Source: an uncultured Mollicutes bacterium
Lineage (GTDB): Bacteria; Bacillota_I; Bacilli_A; ML615J-28; CAG-313
Assembly (NCBI GenBank): GCA_937875785.1
Contig: CALEGV010000072.1
Span: 4,543-68,542, forward strand
Length of the DNA stretch: 64,000 bases
Direction: 5' to 3'
Shown: positions 8,970 through 19,911 of the stretch, one piece after another
Numbering within the stretch: position 1 is the first letter of the stretch
Layout of the letters: the number at the start of each line of letters is the position of its first letter
Position numbers and translations under genes: made by a program
The notes under the pieces: model-generated
Database searches by the model: none
Seen by the model: only the letters and a program-made list of their open reading frames with translations
Told to the model about the DNA's origin: nothing

Positions 8970-10646
8970 TTAGTTCTTATAACCTGGATTCTGTTCCAAT
9001 ACAGCATCTTTATTGGCTTCTATTGCACTGTAAGGTATCGGAAACAGTTCATGATAATCTTCCACACGAGGTCCGTTGAGCGTATTGTATTTACGAACAC
9101 GTTCTACATACTTGCCCAATCGTCCTAACGTAATTCTGCGGAATTCCTCATATACCAATTCGCGTGCACGCTCATCCAGAATATAGTCTATGGTGACCTC
9201 CGATGCAACTACTTCAGATGTATGAGCACGGTTCCTTACTTCATTGATATCGTTTGCTGCCTTTTCTTTGTCTCCTTTCATTAAAAAAGCCTCTGCCCGT
9301 AGCAGATAGGTTTCAGCCAAACGTAGCATATATTGGTCCAGATAAGTAGCACCGGCAGTCGATTTCAGTGTTTTCAGTGCCGGATCGGCATACAGGGCTT
9401 CAGGATGTTCACCCGGAGTTGTAATCTTAGTTGGCCACGGATACCAACGCCAAGACTGTTCTTCCAAAAGTTTACTCTTCGTTTCAAGAGCAATAATACT
9501 TTTACCATAATACTTGGAAGTAGGCAAATCATAATAAGCATCACGTACCACATTGTATTTGGAATTACGCATATCATTGCTAAAATCGTCGCCCCATACC
9601 TCATACAACCACCAATGGGTATTTGACATATTGGAAACTCCACGCCCCCCCACATTGGCATCCGAACGACCATTCGAAGAAAGGAAAGCTTTCTTTCCTT
9701 CCGGATCAGTACATGAATATGTCACTGGTGCGGCAAACCGTTCCAGATAATAGGGACGATAAGAAGTTGAAGTCAGATAACCACCTTCTACATCCGGCTC
9801 CATCTGAATTACCCATAATGCTTCCGTATTACCCGAAGTTTTTCGGTTCTGATTTTTCCTTCTGAATAGATCCCAATAGACATCTCCTTCTTCCGATTTG
9901 TGAGACCCGAACCTGACTTTCATCAAACCTGTATTGGGATTATCAATCACTTCAGAAGCTAAACGAATAGCATCATCGTAGAGTCCCAACGATATACAGG
10001 TCTCAGCAAGGTAATGTTTTGCCACTAGATTGGAAATCTTTCCATCAACTACAGTATGAATGTCAGGAAGTACAGTTGTTGCTTCCAGGAAGTCATCATA
10101 CATAGCTTTCAATACTTCCTCTTTCGAGTTCCGGGTGAAGTCCGTCTTTGGAGAGACATTTTCCTCAAGCACTAACGGAACACCACCGAAAATATAAACC
10201 AACGTACGATAACCGAATGCACGGAAAAATTTGGCCTCGGCAGCCACTTGGGATTTTTGTTCCGCGTTCAGTGAACTACCTTCTATACGACTGATGATGG
10301 TATTGGCATTATTAATCAGTTTATACTCACGATCCCATACGTCTGCCACACCAGCTTGCTGAGGAGTGAGCCAGTCTTTAAGATTGCCCATGAAATTATT
10401 ATTGTCACGCGCATTCTTGGCTACATCTGTTTCCTGAAAGAAGACGAAATCACTATTATAGAAATTCGCACGTACTTTCGCATACAAACCTGTTAAGGCT
10501 GTTTCATAATCGGCATATGTATTATAGGCATTCTCCGGACTCAGGAAGTCCAGCGGCTTCTCTTCCAGAAAGCTGCTTTCGTTACAAGAGAAAACAAAAC
10601 ATGAGAATAAAAAGGCAATTCCTGCATTAAAAATATTCTGTCTCAT
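8970..10646 (-). CDS. SusD/RagB family nutrient-binding outer-membrane lipoprotein
   Basis: 558 aa with a lipobox (FVFSC). TPR-like SusD hallmarks are present (RAEAFLMKGDKEKAANDINEVRNRA, ERARELVYEEFR). It lies immediately downstream of the SusC-like gene. Confidence 0.9.
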   Translation of the reverse strand: MRQNIFNAGIAFLFSCFVFSCNESSFLEEKPLDFLSPENAYNTYADYETALTGLYAKVRANFYNSDFVFFQETDVAKNARDNNNFMGNLKDWLTPQQAGVADVWDREYKLINNANTIISRIEGSSLNAEQKSQVAAEAKFFRAFGYRTLVYIFGGVPLVLEENVSPKTDFTRNSKEEVLKAMYDDFLEATTVLPDIHTVVDGKISNLVAKHYLAETCISLGLYDDAIRLASEVIDNPNTGLMKVRFGSHKSEEGDVYWDLFRRKNQNRKTSGNTEALWVIQMEPDVEGGYLTSTSYRPYYLERFAAPVTYSCTDPEGKKAFLSSNGRSDANVGGRGVSNMSNTHWWLYEVWGDDFSNDMRNSKYNVVRDAYYDLPTSKYYGKSIIALETKSKLLEEQSWRWYPWPTKITTPGEHPEALYADPALKTLKSTAGATYLDQYMLRLAETYLLRAEAFLMKGDKEKAANDINEVRNRAHTSEVVASEVTIDYILDERARELVYEEFRRITLGRLGKYVERVRKYNTLNGPRVEDYHELFPIPYSAIEANKDAVLEQNPGYKN

Positions 10647-10657
10647 AATTCAATCTG

Positions 10658-13288
10658 TTAAAAAGTTAAATCTATACCAAAAGCATAAGTACGCATTACG
10701 GGATAAGAGTCTGTGGTGAAACCAATACCGGCTTCAGGATCCCAACCATCCCAACCTGTAAAAGTCAAAAGGTTCTGTCCGCTAATAAAAAGCCTCAGAT
10801 TACTCACACCTAACTTTTTAGTCCATCGCTGATCAAAGTTATAGGATAACGATACATCTTGCAAACGGACAAAGCTGCGATTTTGCATCCGATTCGTATC
10901 TACGGTAGGAGATAGCCAAGCTGTTGCAAACTTAGCATTTGGATTTCTTGGTGACCAATAATCATAGGCAGTCAGCCAACTCAGGTTCTCGGCATTACCT
11001 ATCGACTTTCCAATATAATCAGGTTTGGCAATCTTCGACCGATATCCGTTCTTACCTCCCTGAATGGTATTGATGAAAAAACGTAATTCAAACCCTTTAT
11101 AGCTAAAATCATTGGAAATACCCATCATGTAAGCCGGTTCTTTATGCCCTAGAATCACCCTGTCTTCACCAGCCGTAATCTCTCCATCGCCATTCTGATC
11201 CTTAATTTTATAGGTTCCGGGATAAAAACCCTTCATAATAGTACCATTCTCTTTATCTGCCAACTGCCAGATACCTTCCACTTCATAGTCATAAATGGTT
11301 CCCAACGATTCTCCGATAAACAGTCCGCTGGCTACCAAGTCATCTTCTTTACCGTCTCCATCAGTATCCTGTCCCAGTAAAGAAACCACCTTGTTCTTAT
11401 TCGTTGAAAAATTCAGCCGGACATTCCATTGAAAATCTTTTGTTTTCACAGGAGTACCACCGAGTACTATTTCCAAACCTGTATTCTGTAACTTGCCCAC
11501 ATTGCTGCGTACACTGGAAAATCCGGTCATCGTCGGAATAATAACATCCCATAACAGATTCTTTGTGGTAGCTCGGTAAAAGTCTATACTTCCAGTCAGC
11601 CTCTCCTTGAAAAAGGAAAAGTCAATACCAACATTATACTCAGCTGTCGTCTCCCACTTTAAATCTTTATTGGACATGCGCATAACAGTAGAACCGATGG
11701 ACGTACTTGCACCATCGCCAAAAACATATTTCGAGCCTGCATTCAGTTCAACCTTTGCTAAGGAACTGTAACGTGAAGTTTGGTTACCCGTCACACCAAA
11801 ACTAGCTCTGAGCTTGAGATTATCCATAAATTCCGCTTCGGACAAGAACGCTTCACGAGACAATACCCAACCCAAACCAACAGAAGGAAACAGACCGAAC
11901 TTGTGATTCTCGGCAAAGCCACTAAAACCATCACGACGTAATGTAGCTGTTAACAAATATTTGCTATCATAATTATAAGATGTACGAAGCATTTGATAAA
12001 GGTTGCTCTCCTTATAAGCTGACGAACGTATGGTTTGTATGATAGCCTGTCCCAAATCATTATAACCAGTTACCGTACTAGTATATTGTTGTCCTTTTGC
12101 CAGGGTATTGTCATAGGCCTGCCTGCTAGCACCATACACAAACGTTGCATTAATAGCATGCTTACCAAAAGAATTGGTATAATTTACAATATTATCCAGC
12201 AACCATACAGATGAATTATCGTGCTGCTTTGATGCTTCTCCTTGTTGACTGGCCTCATACCGACTATAATTATATAAATTCTTGGCATCAAGCGTATAAT
12301 TATAATTCAAGCGATAGGTCAATCCTTTGATCCAAGGTATACTAACCAGTCCATAAACGGTTGTATTTATCTGATGACGCTTGTCTGAATTTTCGACCAT
12401 ATATTCCAAGAAAGGATTCATAGTTAAAGTTCCATTCGGATTGGTAATCCACTCACCATCCGCATCCTTGGGAGTCACTACGGCCGGCATACGAATAAGA
12501 GCATTCATATTGGGGGACTCTCCGGAATAGTCCAAAACGGAGAAAAAAGTATTAGTACCCACCTTCAGCCAAGATGTAGCTTGCACATCAATATTAGCTC
12601 TGAATGTAGTACGCTTATATTTGTCATTCTTTACAACTCCTCTTTGATTGGTCCAACTACCGGAAAGGAAATAAGAAACATGTTCGCTACCACCATTGAT
12701 ATTCACCATATTAGTAAATAAATGCCCAGTCTGCATAGCTTCATCCCACCAGTTAAAATCTGTACCATTCTCTATTCCATCCAACTGTTGCACATTCAGT
12801 TGTGACTTGGAAAAATCCCAGTCCGGATTTGGAACTAAATAACCGGATTCCTTGGTATAGGCTGACTCATATTCGATATCACGTACTTTCTGCATCCATT
12901 CTTCCCGGTTCAATGGCCGGTAATCGACTGTCGGATTACTGAACGCCCAACTACCTGAATATGATATCTTCGGTTTTTGAGCTCTTTTACCTTTTTTAGA
13001 TGTAATCATCAATACACCATTAGCTGCTTTCGCACCATAAACAGCCTTACTGCTCGCATCTTTCAATATATCAATGGATTCAATATCACTCGGATTAATA
13101 TCAGAAATGCGCCCACCATATATAATTCCATCCAATATAATTAAAGGAGAAGTACTACCATTAATAGTGGTTTGTCCACGCACTCCGATTGAAGGATCTT
13201 CACCAGCTGAATTGGTCTGCCCTATTTGCAATCCAGCCACCGTCCCATGCAAAGATTGCATAATGCTTGTATTCGGCGAATCTTTCAT
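10658..13288 (-). CDS. SusC-like TonB-dependent receptor, 5'-truncated fragment (plug plus beta-barrel only)
   Basis: This is the C-terminal roughly 876 aa of the 1146-aa ORF. Plug motifs SLHGTVAGLQI and IGVRGQTTINGSTSPLIILDG are present, and the barrel ends in the aromatic terminus GIDLTF. The signal peptide, CarboxypepD_reg domain and TonB box are missing. The upper boundary is the compositional breakpoint, accurate to about 15 nt. Confidence 0.85.
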   Translation of the reverse strand: MKDSPNTSIMQSLHGTVAGLQIGQTNSAGEDPSIGVRGQTTINGSTSPLIILDGIIYGGRISDINPSDIESIDILKDASSKAVYGAKAANGVLMITSKKGKRAQKPKISYSGSWAFSNPTVDYRPLNREEWMQKVRDIEYESAYTKESGYLVPNPDWDFSKSQLNVQQLDGIENGTDFNWWDEAMQTGHLFTNMVNINGGSEHVSYFLSGSWTNQRGVVKNDKYKRTTFRANIDVQATSWLKVGTNTFFSVLDYSGESPNMNALIRMPAVVTPKDADGEWITNPNGTLTMNPFLEYMVENSDKRHQINTTVYGLVSIPWIKGLTYRLNYNYTLDAKNLYNYSRYEASQQGEASKQHDNSSVWLLDNIVNYTNSFGKHAINATFVYGASRQAYDNTLAKGQQYTSTVTGYNDLGQAIIQTIRSSAYKESNLYQMLRTSYNYDSKYLLTATLRRDGFSGFAENHKFGLFPSVGLGWVLSREAFLSEAEFMDNLKLRASFGVTGNQTSRYSSLAKVELNAGSKYVFGDGASTSIGSTVMRMSNKDLKWETTAEYNVGIDFSFFKERLTGSIDFYRATTKNLLWDVIIPTMTGFSSVRSNVGKLQNTGLEIVLGGTPVKTKDFQWNVRLNFSTNKNKVVSLLGQDTDGDGKEDDLVASGLFIGESLGTIYDYEVEGIWQLADKENGTIMKGFYPGTYKIKDQNGDGEITAGEDRVILGHKEPAYMMGISNDFSYKGFELRFFINTIQGGKNGYRSKIAKPDYIGKSIGNAENLSWLTAYDYWSPRNPNAKFATAWLSPTVDTNRMQNRSFVRLQDVSLSYNFDQRWTKKLGVSNLRLFISGQNLLTFTGWDGWDPEAGIGFTTDSYPVMRTYAFGIDLTF

Positions 13289-14098
13289 TACATTCAAATC
13301 CGCTTTTCTATATTTTTTGTATAATTTATTTACAGATTTACCAAAGTTGCTAACTGGATCTTCAGCTCCTGAAAAAATGAAAATAGAAATATGGGGATTT
13401 ATTTTTTTTATATTTTTCATTTTAAAGCTTTGCTTCAAAGCTCTTGAAATAGAGTTATATGTTGTATCTGAAACTGCTGCACCACATAAAGGATCAAGTT
13501 CATAGTTTTTAATATTTTCTGGATTTTTAGAAAGCCAATTGAATGATGATGTTTCTAGGAATTTTTTTTGAAAATTGCCAAAGGTTAGATTATGAATGAA
13601 TTTAGTTGATGTTCGAGCATCATTTTTCTTGACAGTAATATTTGTCAAAATTTTTAATAAACTATATCGAAAATCTCCTACATCTGTACCTGAAAAAATT
13701 ACTTTATCGAAGTCATCAGGATATCTTTGAATATAAGTTTGTGAGGAAATAGAACCCATACTATGAGAAAAAAGAATTTTTTGTTTGTCGAAATCATCTT
13801 GAAAAGAATCGCGTACAAGTTTTAATCCTTTAACAACCGCTTCAATGAAATCGTATGTTTCGATTACACCCAAATCGTTGAGTTCTTCTACTGATTCACC
13901 ATGGTTATAGTGATCAAAAGCAATCACTGTATAGCCATTGTTGCTTAAAAAATCAGCAAATGCATCATATCTTGACACATGCTCTGATAAACCATGTGCA
14001 ATTTGAACTGTTCCTTTATGTTCTACTTTGGGATTGCTCCAACGATATCCAACTAGATTTGATTTTTCATCAAACTTAATAGTCAAACGTTCTTTCAT
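13289..14098 (-). CDS. Alpha/beta hydrolase (lysophospholipase/monoacylglycerol-lipase type), 3'-truncated fragment
   Basis: This is the N-terminal 270 aa of the same 1146-aa ORF. It has the oxyanion HGLSEH, the nucleophile elbow SHSMGS and the acid residue in SGAEDPV. The C-terminal catalytic His segment is missing. Its codon usage is AT-rich like the rest of the right-hand part. Confidence 0.75.
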
Positions 14099-14101
14099 AT
14101 T

Positions 14102-15298
14102 TTATAATTCCTCCATCATTGATTTTCCAATAGCGGGTTTTTTTACATTAAAATTATCTGAAATCGTTGCTGCAACATTTGCAAAAGTCTCAAAATCAGG
14201 TAAAAGTTTACCATTTAACTTACGACTATATGCAATAAAAGGAACCATCTCACGAGTATGATCGGTACCGTGATGAATAGGATCATTCCCATGATCTGCA
14301 ACAATAATAACTAAATCTTCTTCATGCATTTTTTTGATGAACTGTTTGAGGTCTTGATCAAATTCTTCAATGGCCATTTTATAACCTGGTAAATTTCTTC
14401 TATGTCCATATAGTGCATCAAAATCTACAAGATTGGTGAAACATAAACCTGTAAACTCTTGGTCCAAATATGCTGTTGTTTTTTCCATTCCATCATGATT
14501 AGAAATTGTACGTGTGGCTTTCGTAATTCCATATCCATCGAAAATATCATTAATTTTACCAATGGCAATGACGTCAAAACCATCTTCTGATAAATAATTC
14601 AAAACAGTTTTGTCAAATGGTTTCAAGGCATAATCATGACGATTTGTTGTTCTGGTAAAATTCTCTTTATTCGTACCAACAAATGGTCTAGCTATAATGC
14701 GACCTACTTGCCACTCTTTGTGCTCAGTTGTCAATTTTCGAACATATGAGCAAATCTTATAAAGTTCATCAAGTGGAATGACTGCTTCGTTTGCAGCAAT
14801 CTGAAGAACAGAATCTGCTGATGTATAAACAATCAAGGCACCAGTTTTCAGTTGCTCTTCACCTAATTGCTTGATAATCTCCGTACCACTTGCACTGATA
14901 TTTCCGATTACTTTTCTTCCAGAAAAATTCTCAATTTTATCAATCAATTCTTTAGGAAAACCGGTTTCAGTAAATGACGGAAAGGGATGAATGACCTTTA
15001 GTCCCATTAGTTCAAAATGACCAGTAAGTGTGTCTTTGCCTATACTTTGCTCAGTCATTCTGGCAACAACACCTAAAGGGGAGGAATGTATTGGCATTTT
15101 ATTATTTGGACAAATAAGCCCAATTCCTAATTCAGTTAAAGTAGGAACATTGAATGTTTCACTATAATGAGCGATATGACCAAATGTATTTGCCCCCTCA
15201 TCATTATAATTTTTAGCATCTGGGGCATTGCCTATTCCCATTGAGTCAGCGACAATAACAAAAATTCTTTTATACTTGTGATATCTATTTTTTTCCAT
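14102..15298 (-). CDS. deoB: Phosphopentomutase
   Basis: 398 aa. Contains FVIVADSMGIG and ADHGNDP...GTDHTRE, typical of DeoB/Drm. Confidence 0.9.
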   Translation of the reverse strand: MEKNRYHKYKRIFVIVADSMGIGNAPDAKNYNDEGANTFGHIAHYSETFNVPTLTELGIGLICPNNKMPIHSSPLGVVARMTEQSIGKDTLTGHFELMGLKVIHPFPSFTETGFPKELIDKIENFSGRKVIGNISASGTEIIKQLGEEQLKTGALIVYTSADSVLQIAANEAVIPLDELYKICSYVRKLTTEHKEWQVGRIIARPFVGTNKENFTRTTNRHDYALKPFDKTVLNYLSEDGFDVIAIGKINDIFDGYGITKATRTISNHDGMEKTTAYLDQEFTGLCFTNLVDFDALYGHRRNLPGYKMAIEEFDQDLKQFIKKMHEEDLVIIVADHGNDPIHHGTDHTREMVPFIAYSRKLNGKLLPDFETFANVAATISDNFNVKKPAIGKSMMEEL

Positions 15299-16184
15299 GT
15301 GGATGTGCTCCTTTATAAATTTCTTTTAATTTTTGATTTGACAAATGCGTGTAAATTTGTGTTGTAGAAATATCTTCATGACCTAACATTTCTTGAATCA
15401 AACGTAAATCCGTTCCTGCTTCTAATAAATGGGTCGCAAAAGAATGCCTCAAAGTATGTGGCGATATATCTTTTGTGATACCTGCTAATTGGCATTGTTC
15501 TTTGATGATTTTAAAAAAACTTTGACGCGAAATGCTATCACCTAAGTGATTGATAAAAACATATCCTTGGTCTTTAGATGGTTTCATTAGTTTAGGTCTA
15601 GCTTCAATAATATATTCACGTAGCACTTTATTGGCATAATCATTAATAGGAACAATTCGTTCTTTGTTCCCTTTTCCTTTAACCGAAATCATTTTGTTTG
15701 TTAAATGTAAATCTTGTAATTTTAGGCTAACAAGTTCAGAAACACGCAAACCCGTTGCATACATCACTTCAATCATTGCTTGATTCCGCTGATGTATTGG
15801 TGTATCCGCATGTAATGTGTTTAGTAAATTTAGTACTTCATCTACGGACAAAACTGTCGGTAATTTTTTATCTAATTTCGGAGAACTTAAGTTTATAGCA
15901 GGATTAATTTTACTTCTTCTTTCCATGAAAAGAAATTTATGAAAACTTTTAATTGCGCTTAAAGCTCTACTGCTTGATGTAGGACTATATCCAAGTTTCT
16001 TCAAATAAACCAAATATTTTTGAATATCTGCAGTTGTGATATTGGCAACATCAGTAATATTTAACTTCTCTGATAGATAATATACATAGTTCTGTAAATC
16101 GCTGACGTAGGATTTTACAGTATTTTCACTTTTCATCTTCTCTGAGATGAGGTAATGTTGATATTCTGTAATGATTTCTTCCAT
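15285..16184 (-). CDS. xerD: Tyrosine site-specific recombinase XerD (chromosome dimer resolution)
   Basis: 299 aa. Contains ATGLRVSEL and HTLRHSFATHLLEAGTDLRLIQEMLGHEDISTTQIYTH (R-H-R-Y catalytic set). The spoIIM-xerD-deoB synteny is as in Bacillus. Confidence 0.8.
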   Translation of the reverse strand: MEEIITEYQHYLISEKMKSENTVKSYVSDLQNYVYYLSEKLNITDVANITTADIQKYLVYLKKLGYSPTSSSRALSAIKSFHKFLFMERRSKINPAINLSSPKLDKKLPTVLSVDEVLNLLNTLHADTPIHQRNQAMIEVMYATGLRVSELVSLKLQDLHLTNKMISVKGKGNKERIVPINDYANKVLREYIIEARPKLMKPSKDQGYVFINHLGDSISRQSFFKIIKEQCQLAGITKDISPHTLRHSFATHLLEAGTDLRLIQEMLGHEDISTTQIYTHLSNQKLKEIYKGAHPHGKK

Positions 16185-16187
16185 TTT

Positions 16188-16715
16188 TTATGTCTCCAGT
16201 GCATTAAATTTTATACAAACCAATAGTGCATATATAACAATAAGAATTGTAGCAATCAAAATGACATTAAAATAATTGCCCCCTTTAATCAGTCTATTTT
16301 TCCCCTCAAAAGATAGGGATATGCTTTTATATCCAACATATAGTAGAATTGGTAAGATGATGACAATTTCTAATATTCCATATTTTAAAAAATGTATGAT
16401 GCCAAAAACGCCAGTACTTTTTAAGCAAATTCCAAAAGTGACCCCAGTCATAAAGCTTTTAAAAAAGACAATAAAATAGGAAATAATAAAGCCAAAAGCC
16501 ATTAAACCTAAGAGCCATAATAAAAAGAAATACCAATAATTTAAAGTAAAGGCATTTATAAAGATTTGAACGTAAGATTTATCTAGTCGTTCAACACTAT
16601 AATATTCTTTGGCTAATTTATTTGTAGATAATATTCCAATTAAAAATCCAAAAATAATAGTCATCAAAATTGTTATAAAAATAAAGTTTGGTTTTTTCAA
16701 ATTGTGCTTTTTCAA
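16188..16715 (-). CDS. spoIIM: Stage II sporulation protein M-like membrane protein
   Basis: 175 aa with 4-5 TM segments. The central FFKSFMTGVTFG and ILEIVIILPILLYVG segments resemble SpoIIM. It sits next to xerD as in B. subtilis. Confidence 0.55.
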   Translation of the reverse strand: MKKHNLKKPNFIFITILMTIIFGFLIGILSTNKLAKEYYSVERLDKSYVQIFINAFTLNYWYFFLLWLLGLMAFGFIISYFIVFFKSFMTGVTFGICLKSTGVFGIIHFLKYGILEIVIILPILLYVGYKSISLSFEGKNRLIKGGNYFNVILIATILIVIYALLVCIKFNALET

Positions 16716-16730
16716 AACATCATCCCTTTT

Positions 16731-17849
16731 TTAAATAATTTTTAAGATGATGTGATTTGTAATATAAACATATTTTTGCGGTATAAATAAGTAATTTTTT
16801 TCTTCAACTAATAATCCATCTTCAATTAAGGAGTATATGGATTGAAATTTACATTTGATGTCAATATGAAAAAGTTGATAAAACTTTTTTTCATCAATAC
16901 CCTCTTTTTTCCTTAATTCTAAAATAACAGTTTCTTTCATTTTATCTTCAATGGACAATTTGATTTCTTCTTGTAAAACAACTACATTTTTCTGAATCCC
17001 ATCAAGATAATTTTGCATATGAGTTGTTGTTGTTGATCGAATAGAATGATAATATGAACTTGCTCCAAGTCCTAATGCTATATACTCTTCACAATTCCAA
17101 TATATGAGATTATGGAGCGATTCATACCCTTTTTTTGAAAAGTTGCTTGTTTCATAACGATTAAACCCTCCTTTTTCTAATGTATGACAGATATGATGGT
17201 ACATCTTTGCTTCCAATTTTTCATCAATACACTCTAGTTTATGTGCTTTTTGTAAGTGACTAAATATAGTGTGTTCTTCTAAAATCAGTGAATAATACGA
17301 TATATGTTGGATGTCCAATTCTAATAATTTTTTTAAATCAGATTCAACATCAGAAAAAGATTGACTTGGTATTGCAAACATCATATCAATATTCACATTT
17401 GTAATTTTAACTGATTGTAAAAGAGAAATTTTTTCTTTTATCTCCTCAATTGTTATGTACCGATTGATTACTCTTTGTAGTTTCTTTTGAAAAGTCTGTA
17501 CACCAATGCTTACTCTATTCACGTGATATTTTGCCAATATGGTACATAATTTAGGAGTAATATCTAAGGGGTTACATTCAAACGTGAATTCTTTCATACT
17601 TTTCAAATCAATATATTTGCTCAATGATTGAAATAGTTTCTCCAAATCATCAATTTGTAATGAAGATGGTGTACCACCACCAATATATAAGGTATCGAAT
17701 GCATATGCATCTAATTTTTTTATTTTCATCTCCTCTAAAAGAGCTTTTAAATAGGTTTGTTTCACCTTTTCCGAAGATACTCTTTTACAAAAATCGCAAT
17801 AGGGACAAATACTATTACAGAAAGGAATATGAATATATAAACCAAGCAT
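16731..17849 (-). CDS. hemW: Radical SAM heme chaperone HemW (HemN-like, oxygen-independent coproporphyrinogen oxidase family)
   Basis: 372 aa. N-terminal LYIHIPFCNSICPYCDF contains the CxxxCxxC motif. It lies downstream of lepA, as is widely conserved. Confidence 0.85.
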   Translation of the reverse strand: MLGLYIHIPFCNSICPYCDFCKRVSSEKVKQTYLKALLEEMKIKKLDAYAFDTLYIGGGTPSSLQIDDLEKLFQSLSKYIDLKSMKEFTFECNPLDITPKLCTILAKYHVNRVSIGVQTFQKKLQRVINRYITIEEIKEKISLLQSVKITNVNIDMMFAIPSQSFSDVESDLKKLLELDIQHISYYSLILEEHTIFSHLQKAHKLECIDEKLEAKMYHHICHTLEKGGFNRYETSNFSKKGYESLHNLIYWNCEEYIALGLGASSYYHSIRSTTTTHMQNYLDGIQKNVVVLQEEIKLSIEDKMKETVILELRKKEGIDEKKFYQLFHIDIKCKFQSIYSLIEDGLLVEEKNYLFIPQKYVYITNHIILKII

Positions 17850-17924
17850 GCTATCACCAATAGAATTATATCATAAAATAAAAATTTTTTATAAAAAAAA
17901 CAACTTTTAAGTTTATAAAAGTTG

Positions 17925-19763
17925 TTAATTATTTTCATCATCAAGTTTAAGTACGGCCAAAAATGCATCTTGAGGAATTTCGACACTTCCAACTTGTTTC
18001 ATTCGCTTTTTTCCTTCTTTTTGTTTTTCAAGTAATTTTTTCTTACGGCTAACATCTCCACCATAACATTTCGCAAGAACATCCTTACGTAAAGCAGCGA
18101 CATTTTCTCTCGCTATAATTTTGCTATTCACAGCTGCTTGTACAGGTATTTCAAATTGTTGACGAGGAATCAATCCTCTCAATTTTTGAGTTAAAGCACG
18201 ACCTCGTCGATATGCAAAATCTTTATGAACAATCACACTCAATGCATCTACCTTTTCCCCATTTAAAAGAATATCTAGTTTGACAAGTTTTGATTCACGA
18301 TAACTTGAAATAGTATAATCCAATGAAGCATATCCTTTAGTAGAAGATTTTAATCGATCAAAAAAATCATACACAATTTCTGATAGAGGGATATCATAGC
18401 GAATACATACTCGTGTTTCTTCAATATAATCCATCCCTACGAAACTTCCTCGTTTATTTTGACAAAGCTCCATAATAGAACCAACATATTCAGTGGGAAC
18501 CATAATACTTGCTTCTACATAAGGTTCTTCAATTCTTTTAATTAGTGTAAAATCAGGAAGTTCACTAGGATTGTCAATGCTTATCATATTTCCATCAGTC
18601 AAGTATACGTGGTACTCAACACTTGGAGCAGTTGCTATAATGTCAATTTTAAATTCTCTTTCAATACGTTCTTGGATAACATCCATATGAAGAAGTCCTA
18701 AAAAACCTGTCCGAAAGCCAAAACCAAGTGCTTGTGAGGTTTCAGGTTCGAAAAGAAGAGATGCGTCATTTAATCTCAATTTTTCAAGTGCTTCTTTTAG
18801 TTCTTCATATTTGTTTGGCTCAATTGGATATAAGCCACAAAACACCATAGAATTCATTTGTCGATATCCAGGCAATTGATGTACTGAAGGATTTTCAAGT
18901 GTCGTAATTGTATCGCCAACATGAACGTTTTGTACTTCTTTGATACTACATGCAATCCATCCAACATCTCCAGTTGTTAGATATTCTCTTTTCTTTTCCT
19001 TGGGTGTATTGACACCAATTTCTATTACCTCATAGATTGCACCCGTAGCCATCATCTTGATATGATCACCAATTCGAATTGTTCCATTGATAATGCGAAT
19101 AGTTGGAATCACACCTCGATAAGCATCATAATAGGAATCAAAGATGAGTGCTTGAACTTCACCTTCAGGATTACCTTGAGGGGATGGAATATCAGAAACG
19201 ATACGTTCAAGTAATTCATCAATTCCAATTCCTTCTTTAGCACTAGCTAAAACAGCATTGCTTGCATCAAGTCCTATTACATCCTCCACTTCCTTTTGAA
19301 CTTTTTTAGGATCTGCTGCAGGAAGATCTATCTTGTTAATTAAAGGAATAATTTCTAAATTATTATCAATGGCAAGATATACATTTGCAAGTGTTTGTGC
19401 CTCAATTCCTTGAGCAGCATCGACCACCAAAATAGCACCCTCACATGCTGCAAGACTTCTTGACACTTCATAGGTAAAATCAACATGACCTGGAGTATCT
19501 ATTAAATGGAAAATATAGGTTTTTCCATCCTTTGCTTGATAGTTTAACTCTACCGCATTTAGTTTTATGGTTATTCCTCGTTCTCGTTCTAAATCCATTG
19601 AATCAAGAATTTGTTCTTTCATTTCTCTAACTTCTAAAGTTTTGGTTTTTTCTAAAATACGATCTGCTAAAGTACTTTTGCCATGATCAATATGTGCAAT
19701 GATAGAAAAATTTCTAATTCTGTTTTGTCTTTCTAATAATTCTTTTTTATCTGGAACATGCAT
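17925..19763 (-). CDS. lepA: Translation elongation factor 4 (LepA)
   Basis: Contains [20 protein letters not shown] and DTPGHVDF. The C-terminus has the LepA-specific domain. Start moved to MHVPDKK (19763), 10 nt after GAGGA; the first ATG abuts the SD. Confidence 0.93.
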   Translation of the reverse strand: MHVPDKKELLERQNRIRNFSIIAHIDHGKSTLADRILEKTKTLEVREMKEQILDSMDLERERGITIKLNAVELNYQAKDGKTYIFHLIDTPGHVDFTYEVSRSLAACEGAILVVDAAQGIEAQTLANVYLAIDNNLEIIPLINKIDLPAADPKKVQKEVEDVIGLDASNAVLASAKEGIGIDELLERIVSDIPSPQGNPEGEVQALIFDSYYDAYRGVIPTIRIINGTIRIGDHIKMMATGAIYEVIEIGVNTPKEKKREYLTTGDVGWIACSIKEVQNVHVGDTITTLENPSVHQLPGYRQMNSMVFCGLYPIEPNKYEELKEALEKLRLNDASLLFEPETSQALGFGFRTGFLGLLHMDVIQERIEREFKIDIIATAPSVEYHVYLTDGNMISIDNPSELPDFTLIKRIEEPYVEASIMVPTEYVGSIMELCQNKRGSFVGMDYIEETRVCIRYDIPLSEIVYDFFDRLKSSTKGYASLDYTISSYRESKLVKLDILLNGEKVDALSVIVHKDFAYRRGRALTQKLRGLIPRQQFEIPVQAAVNSKIIARENVAALRKDVLAKCYGGDVSRKKKLLEKQKEGKKRMKQVGSVEIPQDAFLAVLKLDDENN

Positions 19764-19872
19764 TGTTTTCATTCCTCTTTTGTATTCTTCATCGCGTTTG
19801 AATGGGGAAATGCTTGTCTTTTTTTATTTCGATTGCTCACAGAAAGCATTTTAATAAACGCTTATATGAATA

Positions 19873-19901
19873 ATTATACATTAAATTGATTTGTTTAGCA
19901 A
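19873..19901 (-). promoter_or_regulatory. Sigma-A type promoter upstream of lepA
   Basis: Minus strand reads TTGCTA, 17 nt, TATAAT, with an extended -10 (TGTATAAT). It lies about 100 nt upstream of the lepA start. Confidence 0.5.
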
Positions 19902-19911
19902 GTAAAATATG

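Noticed and set aside
10658-14098. The 1146-aa ORF read as a genuine lipase-SusC fusion protein, possibly a novel system
   Set aside because: The two halves differ sharply in base composition and codon usage, and they belong to different phyla. Each half is truncated at the joint: the hydrolase has no catalytic His, and the SusC has no signal peptide or TonB box. In-frame continuity across a random joint has a prior of about 1 in 3. I therefore treat it as two gene fragments.
15285-16184. The tyrosine recombinase near the breakpoint as evidence for an integrative element mediating the junction
   Set aside because: It is a XerD-type housekeeping recombinase in conserved spoIIM-xerD-deoB synteny, 2 kb from the joint. 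No att repeats or other element genes are present.
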